Assembly (NCBI GenBank): GCA_041484525.1
Contig: JBGPHT010000015.1
Location: 7,307-71,306, forward strand
Direction of reading: 5' to 3'
Length of the DNA stretch: 64,000 nucleotides
From: Bryobacteraceae bacterium
GTDB taxonomy: Bacteria > Acidobacteriota > Terriglobia > Bryobacterales > Bryobacteraceae
The notes under the pieces were generated by a model. That model did not search any database, was not told the DNA's origin, and was given only the letters and a program-made list of their open reading frames with translations. Positions 18,750 to 26,811 of the stretch are shown piece by piece. Both the position numbers and the translations under genes were made by a program. Numbering within the stretch: the first letter of the stretch is position 1; each line of letters opens with the position of its first letter.

Positions 18750-18943
18750 CTGTTATCTTCCCCCGAGGCCGCCCTTTCCGCAGGCGTGTACTCCACCTGA
18801 TGGTATCTGATTCACCCTGGTCATTCAATGGGTGCAAGGTAAGGGGTTATGGTACTCCGTACGATGTCATCCAACAGTTAATGTGAATCCCGCCGTTCGG
18901 TTAAGGTTCGCGGCGCATGGCACAATAGAGCAGAGCACGCCGC

Positions 18944-20872
18944 ATGTGTGGAATCACCGGCTTCGTATCCCGAAACCCGATTTCCGAACCAGACAGCCTG
19001 GTGGAGCGGATGGCCGCCGTGATCCACCATCGCGGCCCGGATGCCACCAGTTTTTACCGTGACTCCCATGCCCAACTGGGGCACCTGCGCCTGAGCATCA
19101 TCGACCTCGCCACCGGCCAGCAGCCGATGTGCAACGAGACCGGCGACCTGTGGATCATCTACAACGGCGAGATCTTCAATCATGCCGACCTGCGCGGCGA
19201 TCTGGAAGGCGCCGGCCACCGCTACAAGACCCACTGCGACACCGAAACCATCCTGCACTCTTACGAGCAGTACGGCCGGAAGTGCGTCGAGCGCTATCGC
19301 GGTATGTTTGCGTTCGCTATCTGGGATCCGCGCCGCCAGACTCTCTTCTGCGCGCGCGATCGCCTGGGAATCAAGCCGTTTTACTACTACTGGAACGGGT
19401 CGGTCTTCGTCTTCGCCTCCGAGATCAAGGCCATCCTCGAGCACCCCGCGGTTTCGGCGTCCTTCGACGAATCGCTGCTTTCTGAATACTTGGCATTCGG
19501 ATATATCAGCGGCGAGCGGACGCTGTTCTCCGGCATCCGCAAGCTGCTGCCCGGTCATACGCTGACGCTCACGCCTGAATCGCTCGAGATCGAGCCCTAT
19601 TGGGACGTGCCGCGCGACGCGCCCGCCGAAACACGCCCCGACGAGGAGTGGATCGCCGAGTGCCGCGAGCGCCTCGAGCAGACCGTCCGCATGCGCCTGA
19701 TGAGCGATGTTCCGCTCGGCATGTTCCTGAGCGGCGGCGTGGATTCGAGCGCCATCGCCGCTCTGATGAAGCGCATGGTCACGGGCCCGGTCAAGACCTT
19801 CGCCGTGGGTTACGCCGAAGCCGAGTACAGCGAACTCGGCTACGCGCGCCAGGTCGCCCAAAGCATTGGCACCGACCATCACGAGGTGCGGGTGAGCATG
19901 GAGGATTTCTTCAACGCCCTGCCCACGCTGGTATGGCATGAAGACGAGCCGATCGCCTGGCCCTCGAGTGTTTCGCTGTACTTCGTTTCCCGGCTGGCGT
20001 CGCAACAGGTAAAGGTGGTGCTCACCGGCGAAGGCAGCGACGAGCTTTTCGCGGGCTACAGCCGGTACCGCTTTTACGAAATGAACCAGGCGGGCCTGCG
20101 GTATTACAAGCTGCTGCCCGGCCCCCTGCGGCGCTTCATCCGCGCGCGTGTGGAGGATTCGCGGCTGCTCTCGGGCGCCGTGCGTCGCAAACTGCAGCAC
20201 TCCTTCGTGGGCCGCGGCGAGACGCTCGAATCGCTCTACCTGGACAATTTCTACTCCGCATTTTCCGCCGCCGGGCAGCATCAACTCCTGCTCCCCGGCG
20301 CACCCCACGCGGGAACTTACGATGGCTATCTGGGGTATTGGAATTCGGCCGCGAATCTCCCAGTGCTGCAGCGTCTGCTGTACACCGACCAGAAGACGTA
20401 CCTCGTCGAACTGCTGATGAAGCAGGACCAGATGAGCATGGCCTGCTCGATTGAGAGCCGCGTCCCGTTCCTCGACCACCCCTTCGTGGAGTTTGCCGCG
20501 CGCGTCCCCCGGCACATGAAGATCCGCAACGGCGAGGCGAAGTACATTCTGAAGCGGGCGGTGGAGGATGTGCTGCCGCGCGACATCATCTACCGCACCA
20601 AGATGGGATTCCCCACGCCGTTGCGGCAGTGGCTGCGGGATCCGCGCGCCGACCGGCTGCTGGAGCTCCTGAGCGACCCGGATGGCCTGCTGGCAGCCTA
20701 TCTGGACGGCCGGCAACTGGAGTCCTTGATCGAGAAGCACAAGTCCGGTTCAGTGGACGCTACCGACCGCATCTGGCGGCTGTTGAACTTGCAAGTGTGG
20801 GGCGACCTCTTCTTCACCGGCCGCCGCGAGCAGCGGCTGGAAGGTCTGATGGCGGTGGCGTATCGAGCGTGA
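18944..20872 (+). CDS. asnB: Asparagine synthase-type glutamine amidotransferase (second paralog)
   Basis: MCGITGF N-terminus and FLSGGVDSSAI PP-loop. The gene is 642 aa and divergent from the radical SAM gene. Confidence 0.9.
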   Translation: MCGITGFVSRNPISEPDSLVERMAAVIHHRGPDATSFYRDSHAQLGHLRLSIIDLATGQQPMCNETGDLWIIYNGEIFNHADLRGDLEGAGHRYKTHCDTETILHSYEQYGRKCVERYRGMFAFAIWDPRRQTLFCARDRLGIKPFYYYWNGSVFVFASEIKAILEHPAVSASFDESLLSEYLAFGYISGERTLFSGIRKLLPGHTLTLTPESLEIEPYWDVPRDAPAETRPDEEWIAECRERLEQTVRMRLMSDVPLGMFLSGGVDSSAIAALMKRMVTGPVKTFAVGYAEAEYSELGYARQVAQSIGTDHHEVRVSMEDFFNALPTLVWHEDEPIAWPSSVSLYFVSRLASQQVKVVLTGEGSDELFAGYSRYRFYEMNQAGLRYYKLLPGPLRRFIRARVEDSRLLSGAVRRKLQHSFVGRGETLESLYLDNFYSAFSAAGQHQLLLPGAPHAGTYDGYLGYWNSAANLPVLQRLLYTDQKTYLVELLMKQDQMSMACSIESRVPFLDHPFVEFAARVPRHMKIRNGEAKYILKRAVEDVLPRDIIYRTKMGFPTPLRQWLRDPRADRLLELLSDPDGLLAAYLDGRQLESLIEKHKSGSVDATDRIWRLLNLQVWGDLFFTGRREQRLEGLMAVAYRA

Positions 20873-21040
20873 AAGGCGACGTGAGGGAGAGAGCGCCCCA
20901 CGAGGCCGTTTTGAGCGCACGTCGAATTGACCTACTCGTATTACAATTAAGGAGTTTCCGGATGACATGCTGTCTGAGTGATGGTCGCCTCGCATTCTCG
21001 CTGAAGAAGTGCGGCAAACCATTGGCCCGGCCTTCATTGA

Positions 21041-22588
21041 ATGCCTAGACTTGCCTTCAAGCCCGATTCCAGTTTCTTCCGAAAGATCGCGATTGGTGCA
21101 ATTGGCACACGTGCGATAACCGCTGAGCTGGGCCAGTTTGGCCACCATATCGCTGAACTTGAACGAGGGTCGCTCGATACGAAGTTGTGGAAGGACGTTA
21201 AACGTAAGCGCGTCCGTATCCCCGATCTGGTCTGCGTCTCGTGCGGACTTCGCATTGAAAGCCGAGCGAAAACAAGAACTGAACTCACGATGTCGCACAG
21301 TCCGAACGAACAGGTACGGGCCTGGGATTTCGGCATGGTCGATTACATCGCGTTTCCGATCTGTCAGACCTTCGGGGAGAAGTACTGGAGCGCCGGGCAC
21401 TTGGGGCACGCTTCCTCTTATTGGCACGAACGGAATTGGATCAAGTGGGAAGTAAGCGGAAGAATCAACTACTTCCAAGTGGCGGCTTTTCGAGCGACGC
21501 CGCATGCAAGAATCGCGACGAAGGGTGTTACTGAAGGCTCTGAGACTAGCATCGGCTGGAACGCCATGTTCTCGACGAGGTCCGGTACTATTGATGCTGC
21601 CGGTAGCGGGAGGATCACCATTCGCCGGGGCTCTGATGGCCACCGTAACACGCGTACTGTTCCTGCCGGCTTACAACTCTTCGTCTCCGCGGGCGAGGCA
21701 GTCGAGGAGAGTCAAGTTGTCGCTGCCGTTGTATCTCCTGTTCCGCGTAGTGCCCTAGCGTGTCCGCGAAGGATGCCGGCCAACCACATCAGCATTCTCC
21801 TGGCATCACGTGAGAGGACGCAGAGGTTCGCTGGTGTTAAGCTCGCCCGGCTCAGGGCCGAGCCAATGTACCGATCTGCAGTGGAAAGCCTCGCTTTCGA
21901 CAGCGAAGAAGATGTTTACATTCGTCTCGAAGGCGCCTCATATCTGGCTTCCGTGTGTGGACTCTCGGCCCGTGAGCTTTTCCGTCCTTATCTTTCCAGC
22001 GTCGATGACCGAACGCAACTTGAGGCCGTGAGTGCTCTCGGGGAGACGGCCGCAACAGAAGCCGTGGAACTCCTCAGTGAGATTCTTGATGACGCAACTC
22101 AGCCATACTTCGTGCGTAGCGCGGCGGCGTGGTGCCTTGGCCGGCAGGGCACCGAAGAAGCCACGGCGCGCCTTGTTCGCGCCTTCTCGGATGTTGACCG
22201 CAAGATCCGAGAGGAAGCTCTCGAAGGGCTGGTTTCTGTGGGCGGCGCAGCCACGCACGTGCTGCTTGCCGGTTTGCGCGAAATGAATGAAGATATCGTT
22301 GCAGGGTGTGCAGAGGCGCTGCGGCGGCAGCCGCTTCCTCCGGAGATCCTTTCCCGCATCAACGAGGATCTCCACGCGCCCCAGCCGTCGAAATGGGTTG
22401 CGTGGCTCGCCGGTTTTCTTCCGCGTGATGCGACCACCGCCGCAATCGCAGAACTACAGAACACCGCCCCTCAGCTTCATTACGCGATTAGCTTGCTTTG
22501 GTCTTTCATAGATAGTTGGATCTCCCGACGGTGGGAGCTAAATCCTGGCGCAACTTTCCCTGAGAGCGATGAGGCATATGAAGTTTAG
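21041..22588 (+). CDS. Hypothetical fusion protein: N-terminal putative PD-(D/E)xK-like nuclease region plus C-terminal HEAT-repeat domain. It is the candidate restriction partner of the adjacent methyltransferase.
   Basis: 515-aa ORF overlapping the MTase start by 20 nt. The N-terminus has AELERG...RIPDLVCVSCGLRIESRAK (a possible E...PD...E-x-R/K arrangement). The C-terminus has repeated helical units (LEAVSALGETAATEAVELL, VRSAAAWCLGRQGTEEATARL, IREEALEGLVSVGG) typical of HEAT/PBS-lyase repeats. GC is lower than in the flanks. Confidence 0.5.
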   Translation: MPRLAFKPDSSFFRKIAIGAIGTRAITAELGQFGHHIAELERGSLDTKLWKDVKRKRVRIPDLVCVSCGLRIESRAKTRTELTMSHSPNEQVRAWDFGMVDYIAFPICQTFGEKYWSAGHLGHASSYWHERNWIKWEVSGRINYFQVAAFRATPHARIATKGVTEGSETSIGWNAMFSTRSGTIDAAGSGRITIRRGSDGHRNTRTVPAGLQLFVSAGEAVEESQVVAAVVSPVPRSALACPRRMPANHISILLASRERTQRFAGVKLARLRAEPMYRSAVESLAFDSEEDVYIRLEGASYLASVCGLSARELFRPYLSSVDDRTQLEAVSALGETAATEAVELLSEILDDATQPYFVRSAAAWCLGRQGTEEATARLVRAFSDVDRKIREEALEGLVSVGGAATHVLLAGLREMNEDIVAGCAEALRRQPLPPEILSRINEDLHAPQPSKWVAWLAGFLPRDATTAAIAELQNTAPQLHYAISLLWSFIDSWISRRWELNPGATFPESDEAYEV

Positions 22589-23594
22589 TTTTGACCCCTC
22601 TACCGTCGTGTACCGTACAGAGTACGGAATGCAGCTCGCGGGCGACAGCAAGGACGTCATTACATCCCTTCCAGACAGTTGCGTGGATCTACTAATCACC
22701 AGCCCGCCTTTCGCGCTCCTGCGTCAAAAGAGCTACGGCAACGAAAAGCAGGACGCCTATGTCGCGTGGCTGAGCGATTTCGGTAAAGCCGCGATGCGCG
22801 TGTTGAAGGACAGCGGTAGCTTCGTGCTTGATCTTGGGGGAGCATATCAACGCGGAAGACCTGTTCGCTCGTTGTACAACTTTCGGGTGCTCTTACAGTT
22901 CTGTGATGAACTTGGCTACGAATTAGCTGAGGAATTCTTCTGGTACAACCCCGCCAAGCTACCGTCTCCGATTGAGTGGGTAAACAAACGCAAGATTCGA
23001 GTGAAGGACGCAGTTAACACTGTTTGGTGGCTTTCAAAAACAGCCACGCCGAAGGCGGACGTGACGAAAGTTCTCGTCCCGTACTCCGAGAGAATGAAGA
23101 CTCTGCTCAAGGACCCCGGAAAATTCTATCGTCCAAAGGAACGCCCCTCTGGGCACGATATCGCTGATTCATTCGGAAGGAACAATGACGGAGCCATTCC
23201 ATCGAATCTACTTCAGATCCCAAATACCGATAGCAATTCGCACTACCTGAGAATCTGCAAGAGCCTCGGCGAGGAGAGCCATCCCGCTAGATTTCCGGCG
23301 GACCTGCCACGGTTCTTTATCAAGTTCCTCACAGACCCTGGCGATGTCGTGATCGATATTTTTTCCGGCTCGAATACAACCGGCTACGTTGCCGAAGAAC
23401 TTCGACGGCGATGGATCGGTATTGAACTTGATCGGTCGTATGCTGTTCTCTCAGGCATCCGCTTTATGGACAATGCGCCGGTGCCGGCGATCCAAAAAGC
23501 ACTTGCTGAAATGCGGCGAGGCACTACCCTGGATCTATCTGGCGGCTCCGAGGGCCGTCGGCAAGCTGAACTCAGTTTTCAACCACACACGTAG
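22569..23594 (+). CDS. DNA methyltransferase, beta-class N4/N6 type (motif IV SPPF before motif I)
   Basis: DLLITSPPFAL is motif IV near the N-terminus. HPARFPADLPRFFIKFLTDPGDVVIDIFSGSNTTG is motif I at the C-terminus. A sampled line had about 48% GC. Confidence 0.85.
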   Translation: MRHMKFSFDPSTVVYRTEYGMQLAGDSKDVITSLPDSCVDLLITSPPFALLRQKSYGNEKQDAYVAWLSDFGKAAMRVLKDSGSFVLDLGGAYQRGRPVRSLYNFRVLLQFCDELGYELAEEFFWYNPAKLPSPIEWVNKRKIRVKDAVNTVWWLSKTATPKADVTKVLVPYSERMKTLLKDPGKFYRPKERPSGHDIADSFGRNNDGAIPSNLLQIPNTDSNSHYLRICKSLGEESHPARFPADLPRFFIKFLTDPGDVVIDIFSGSNTTGYVAEELRRRWIGIELDRSYAVLSGIRFMDNAPVPAIQKALAEMRRGTTLDLSGGSEGRRQAELSFQPHT

Positions 23595-23789
23595 AGTAGC
23601 AGTCGGCGAGTAAACGGTCGTAGGCTCCAAATCCGTCCCACAGATGCCGTGGTGTGAGCCGCGGCCAAGTAGAAAGTTCCGGTTCGACGTGTCATCACTT
23701 GAAGAACGGCCGTCAGGCGGGCACACTGGAAGCGTGAAGCCGATCCGCCAGACACCCTCCAATCGGACTCGCGGCTCCGCGGCGCACGT

Positions 23790-24893
23790 ATGAACGCGCC
23801 CCTGCCGGTGCTCCTGATGGCGCGGACGCTCGACCTCGGCGGCACCGAGCGGCAGATGACGCAGATTGCCCTGACGCTCGACCGCTCGCGCTTTGAGCCC
23901 CATGTGGCCTGCTTTCACGCCGATGGATTGCGCGGCGAGGAATTGCGCGCCGCGGGCGTCCCCATCGTCGAGCTTCCGGTGCGCTCGTTTCGCGGGCCTT
24001 CGGCTCTTCACGGCGCCGTCCTGCTAGGTCGCTACCTGCGCCGCCACAGCATCCCACTCGTCCATACCTTCGACGTTCCGATGAACGTCTTCGGCGTCCC
24101 CGCGGCGCGGCTCTGGGGCACGCCGTATGTTCTCTCGAGTCAGCGCGCCCATCGCCATCTGACGCCCGGCACGATGCGCCATCTGCTCCGCCTCACGGAC
24201 CGAATGGTGGATGCCATCGTCGTGAACTCGGAATCCGTAGCGCGCGAAATGACGGAAGAAGACCGCACCCCTCCGAGCCTGCTGCGGCTTTGCTATAACG
24301 GCATCGATACCAGCGTCTTCCGCCGCCAGGATTGCGAGCCGCCGGAACCATTGCGCGAAGCCTCACTCGTCATCGGAACCCTCTGTGCGCTGCGCCCGGA
24401 AAAGAATCTACCGATGCTGCTCGCCGCCTTCGCACGCGTCGGCGGGAAAGGCATCAAGCTTGCCATCGTGGGCAGCGGCCCGGAACAACCCAAGTTGATC
24501 GAAGAGGCGCGCCGACTAGGGATTGCCGGCGACTGCTGGTTCGAGCCCTCGACCGCCGAGGTTCCCCGCTGGCTTAGCGCCATGGACATATTCGTGCTGC
24601 CGTCCGATTCCGAGGCGCTCTCAAACTCCCTGATGGAAGCGATGGCGTGTGGATGCTGCGCCGCCGCGTCCCGCGTGGGAGGCAACCTCGAGCTGGTACG
24701 CCATCTGGACACGGGCCTCCTGTTCCGCGCCGGCGACGTAGACGACCTGACAGCTTGCCTCGCCCGTCTCATCGCCGACGAGGAGTTGCGTACGTCGCTG
24801 GCCGCAGCCGGAACGGCTCGCATGCATCGGGAGTTCTCGCTCGAGGCCTCTGCCTCCCGGATGGCGGAGATTTACGAATCGGTGAGCAAATAA
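23790..24893 (+). CDS. Glycosyltransferase family 4 (GT-B)
   Basis: LLMARTLDLGGTERQ N-terminus and EALSNSLMEAMACGCCAAASRVGGNLELVRHLDTGLLF. Confidence 0.85.
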   Translation: MNAPLPVLLMARTLDLGGTERQMTQIALTLDRSRFEPHVACFHADGLRGEELRAAGVPIVELPVRSFRGPSALHGAVLLGRYLRRHSIPLVHTFDVPMNVFGVPAARLWGTPYVLSSQRAHRHLTPGTMRHLLRLTDRMVDAIVVNSESVAREMTEEDRTPPSLLRLCYNGIDTSVFRRQDCEPPEPLREASLVIGTLCALRPEKNLPMLLAAFARVGGKGIKLAIVGSGPEQPKLIEEARRLGIAGDCWFEPSTAEVPRWLSAMDIFVLPSDSEALSNSLMEAMACGCCAAASRVGGNLELVRHLDTGLLFRAGDVDDLTACLARLIADEELRTSLAAAGTARMHREFSLEASASRMAEIYESVSK

Positions 24894-24996
24894 GATATTC
24901 ACCGCCGAGACGCCGAGATCGCCGAGAAAAATGCAAGGCCTTGTCTTAATGTTTTTGTGTTCTCGGCGATCTCGGCGTCTCGGCGGTGAATATCTT
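24892..24996. repeat. GC-rich palindromic intergenic element, copy 2 (perfect 37-bp arms, 31-nt loop)
   Basis: AAGATATTCACCGCCGAGACGCCGAGATCGCCGAGAA (24892-24928) is the exact reverse complement of 24960-24996. It lies between the convergent stops of the GT4 gene (24893) and the 25003 gene. Confidence 0.9.
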
Positions 24997-25002
24997 CTTG
25001 CG

Positions 25003-26739
25003 CTATTTCGCAACTCCGAAGCCCGTCTCGATCTGAATCACCCGATGCGCGTTCGGGACTCCGAAGTTCGAGTCCGCCACCACGTACGCCCCGTCGGCCG
25101 AGAGGCACGCTCGCGGAGTACTCCAATACCCGTGCGAATCCTCGTTGGTAAATTGCACGCTGCGATGTTGGGCCAGACGCCGGATCTCGGCGCCGTTGTC
25201 GCGCACCACGAAGATCTCGGACAGATGCGGTGTACGGCGCATCGGGCTCTCGTCATCCGGCCGCCGCGCGGATTCGAATCCACCGTACGTCGTCGCCACC
25301 ACACAATAAGGCGACGAGCGCGCGCAGCCGATGTGCAGGTCCGCCCACACGTCCTGGCCGCCGCAGCGGAAAAGCGTCATCACGCGCCGGAGGCCGCCTC
25401 CCAATTCCACCGGCAGTCCCATGCGGACGCCCTGGTTGAGTTGCAGGGTCACCAGGTCGTACTCGCAGGGCGAGGTGAATTCGAGGCCCAGCATCATCAA
25501 CTGGTTGCCGCGGGGATCTTCGAAGAGGTCGCTGTGGCCGCCGCCGATGCAGCGCTCGCCCGCTTCGCAGATCCCGTTCGCGTTGCCCTTTCCGTAGCCC
25601 ACCTGCTCCGGTCCGACGGTTTCCAGTTCGAGGCTGCCGGCGGCCTCGTTCACAGAAAACGTCAACATCGCGGGGTTAGCCACCGCCACCACGTACCGCT
25701 TTCCGCTGGTCTTGTCCACGCCCTTGGACATGGTCGGGAAGTCGACTTTGAACGGGCCGCCCGGAACAGATTTCAGATCGGCGCAGTAAGCTTTCCGCGC
25801 CGCCACGGAGTAAGCGCAGAGCTGCTGCTGCTCCGGCGCGGACAGCGGCAGCCAGTTGTCCTTCGAGCCTTCGCCCGTGCCGCCCACCGTGATGCTGGAG
25901 AAGCGGTAGGGCGCCTTCGAGAAGTCCGCCAGCACGGTCTTCTTGCCGGTCGCGAGATCGTACCGCAAAATCGCCGCGTGGTTTTCAGCCGGGCCGACTG
26001 CATAGGCCACCGCATCGTCCTGCGCATCCAGGATCGTGCCTTCGAGCGGCGCCTTGACGTTCCGCACGAGGACGCTCCCGGTGTTCAGATCCACCATCTG
26101 GTTCTCGCCCGATTTCCCCACCAGGACCATCCGGTTCCGCGCCGTGATCGCGCTGGGGGACGAATATCCGTGCAGCGCCCCCGGCCCGGTCAGCACGGTG
26201 ACGCGCGCACCAAAATTCGGGTCCACGTACGACGTGCCCACTTCAGGAGGCTGGAACCGTCCGGGAGGCCGCTCGTTGGGAACCACGCAGGTCGCTGGAT
26301 CCGGCAGCTCCGGAACGGCAGTACATCCGTGCGGCCCGTCTGGGTAGGTGACGGCGGGATTGGGCACGGCCTGGGCGATCCGCAAGGTGACGTGCACCGT
26401 CGTGCCCTTCGACGGGTCGCCGCCCTCCGGATAGACGGAGAGCGTCTGCTCGTAAGTGCCGGCCTTTTGCCGGACCAGCCACCACCCCTGGACCCCTACC
26501 GCCACGACGTCGTTTCCGGCGCCCTTGGCTTTGCTCAGCGACAACATGTCGCCCGGGCCGGTCCCCATCCGGATATTCCACGGCCCCGAGGCCTGGATGG
26601 CCAGGGACTGCGTTTCCCGAAGGATAAAGCCGCTGGTGACGGCTTCGAACCGCAGGGAATCGGGCAACGCGTTCTGCGCCAGCAGCGGAAGTCCGAGGGC
26701 TGCTCCCAACAGCGCCAGCGCGCGGGTACGGGTGGGCAT
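25003..26739 (-). CDS. Secreted hypothetical protein (beta-propeller/PD40-like features)
   Basis: Signal peptide MPTRTRALALLGAALGLPLLAQ, with the start at the complement of 26737-26739. The C-terminal CLSADGAYVVADSNFG resembles a PD40/TolB-type blade. I found no catalytic motif. Confidence 0.55.
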   Translation of the reverse strand: MPTRTRALALLGAALGLPLLAQNALPDSLRFEAVTSGFILRETQSLAIQASGPWNIRMGTGPGDMLSLSKAKGAGNDVVAVGVQGWWLVRQKAGTYEQTLSVYPEGGDPSKGTTVHVTLRIAQAVPNPAVTYPDGPHGCTAVPELPDPATCVVPNERPPGRFQPPEVGTSYVDPNFGARVTVLTGPGALHGYSSPSAITARNRMVLVGKSGENQMVDLNTGSVLVRNVKAPLEGTILDAQDDAVAYAVGPAENHAAILRYDLATGKKTVLADFSKAPYRFSSITVGGTGEGSKDNWLPLSAPEQQQLCAYSVAARKAYCADLKSVPGGPFKVDFPTMSKGVDKTSGKRYVVAVANPAMLTFSVNEAAGSLELETVGPEQVGYGKGNANGICEAGERCIGGGHSDLFEDPRGNQLMMLGLEFTSPCEYDLVTLQLNQGVRMGLPVELGGGLRRVMTLFRCGGQDVWADLHIGCARSSPYCVVATTYGGFESARRPDDESPMRRTPHLSEIFVVRDNGAEIRRLAQHRSVQFTNEDSHGYWSTPRACLSADGAYVVADSNFGVPNAHRVIQIETGFGVAK

Positions 26740-26811
26740 GCAGCCCAATTCTAACACCCGATTACTATCCTAAGTTCACCGCAAAACTTTGAAATCACGG
26801 GCTGTGCGACA

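Noticed and set aside
18878-20740. 620-aa minus-strand ORF opposite asnB-2, together with similar long antisense ORFs at 24931..26754, 35530..36666, 16137..17207 and 30686..32068
   Set aside because: Each overlaps a gene with unambiguous family motifs on the other strand, and each has an Arg/Gly-rich low-information sequence.
15768-20872. RiPP or lasso-peptide cluster (asparagine-synthase-like cyclase plus radical SAM)
   Set aside because: Both AsnB proteins keep the N-terminal Cys2 glutaminase nucleophile, which lasso cyclases lack. There is no plausible precursor peptide, protease or exporter ORF nearby. The small ORFs in 18750-18943 lack RBS and peptide-like features.
25066-25075. GTTCGAGTCC string resembling a tRNA T-arm
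   Set aside because: It lies inside the 25003..26739 coding frame. I could find no acceptor, D-arm or anticodon-arm complementarity around it.
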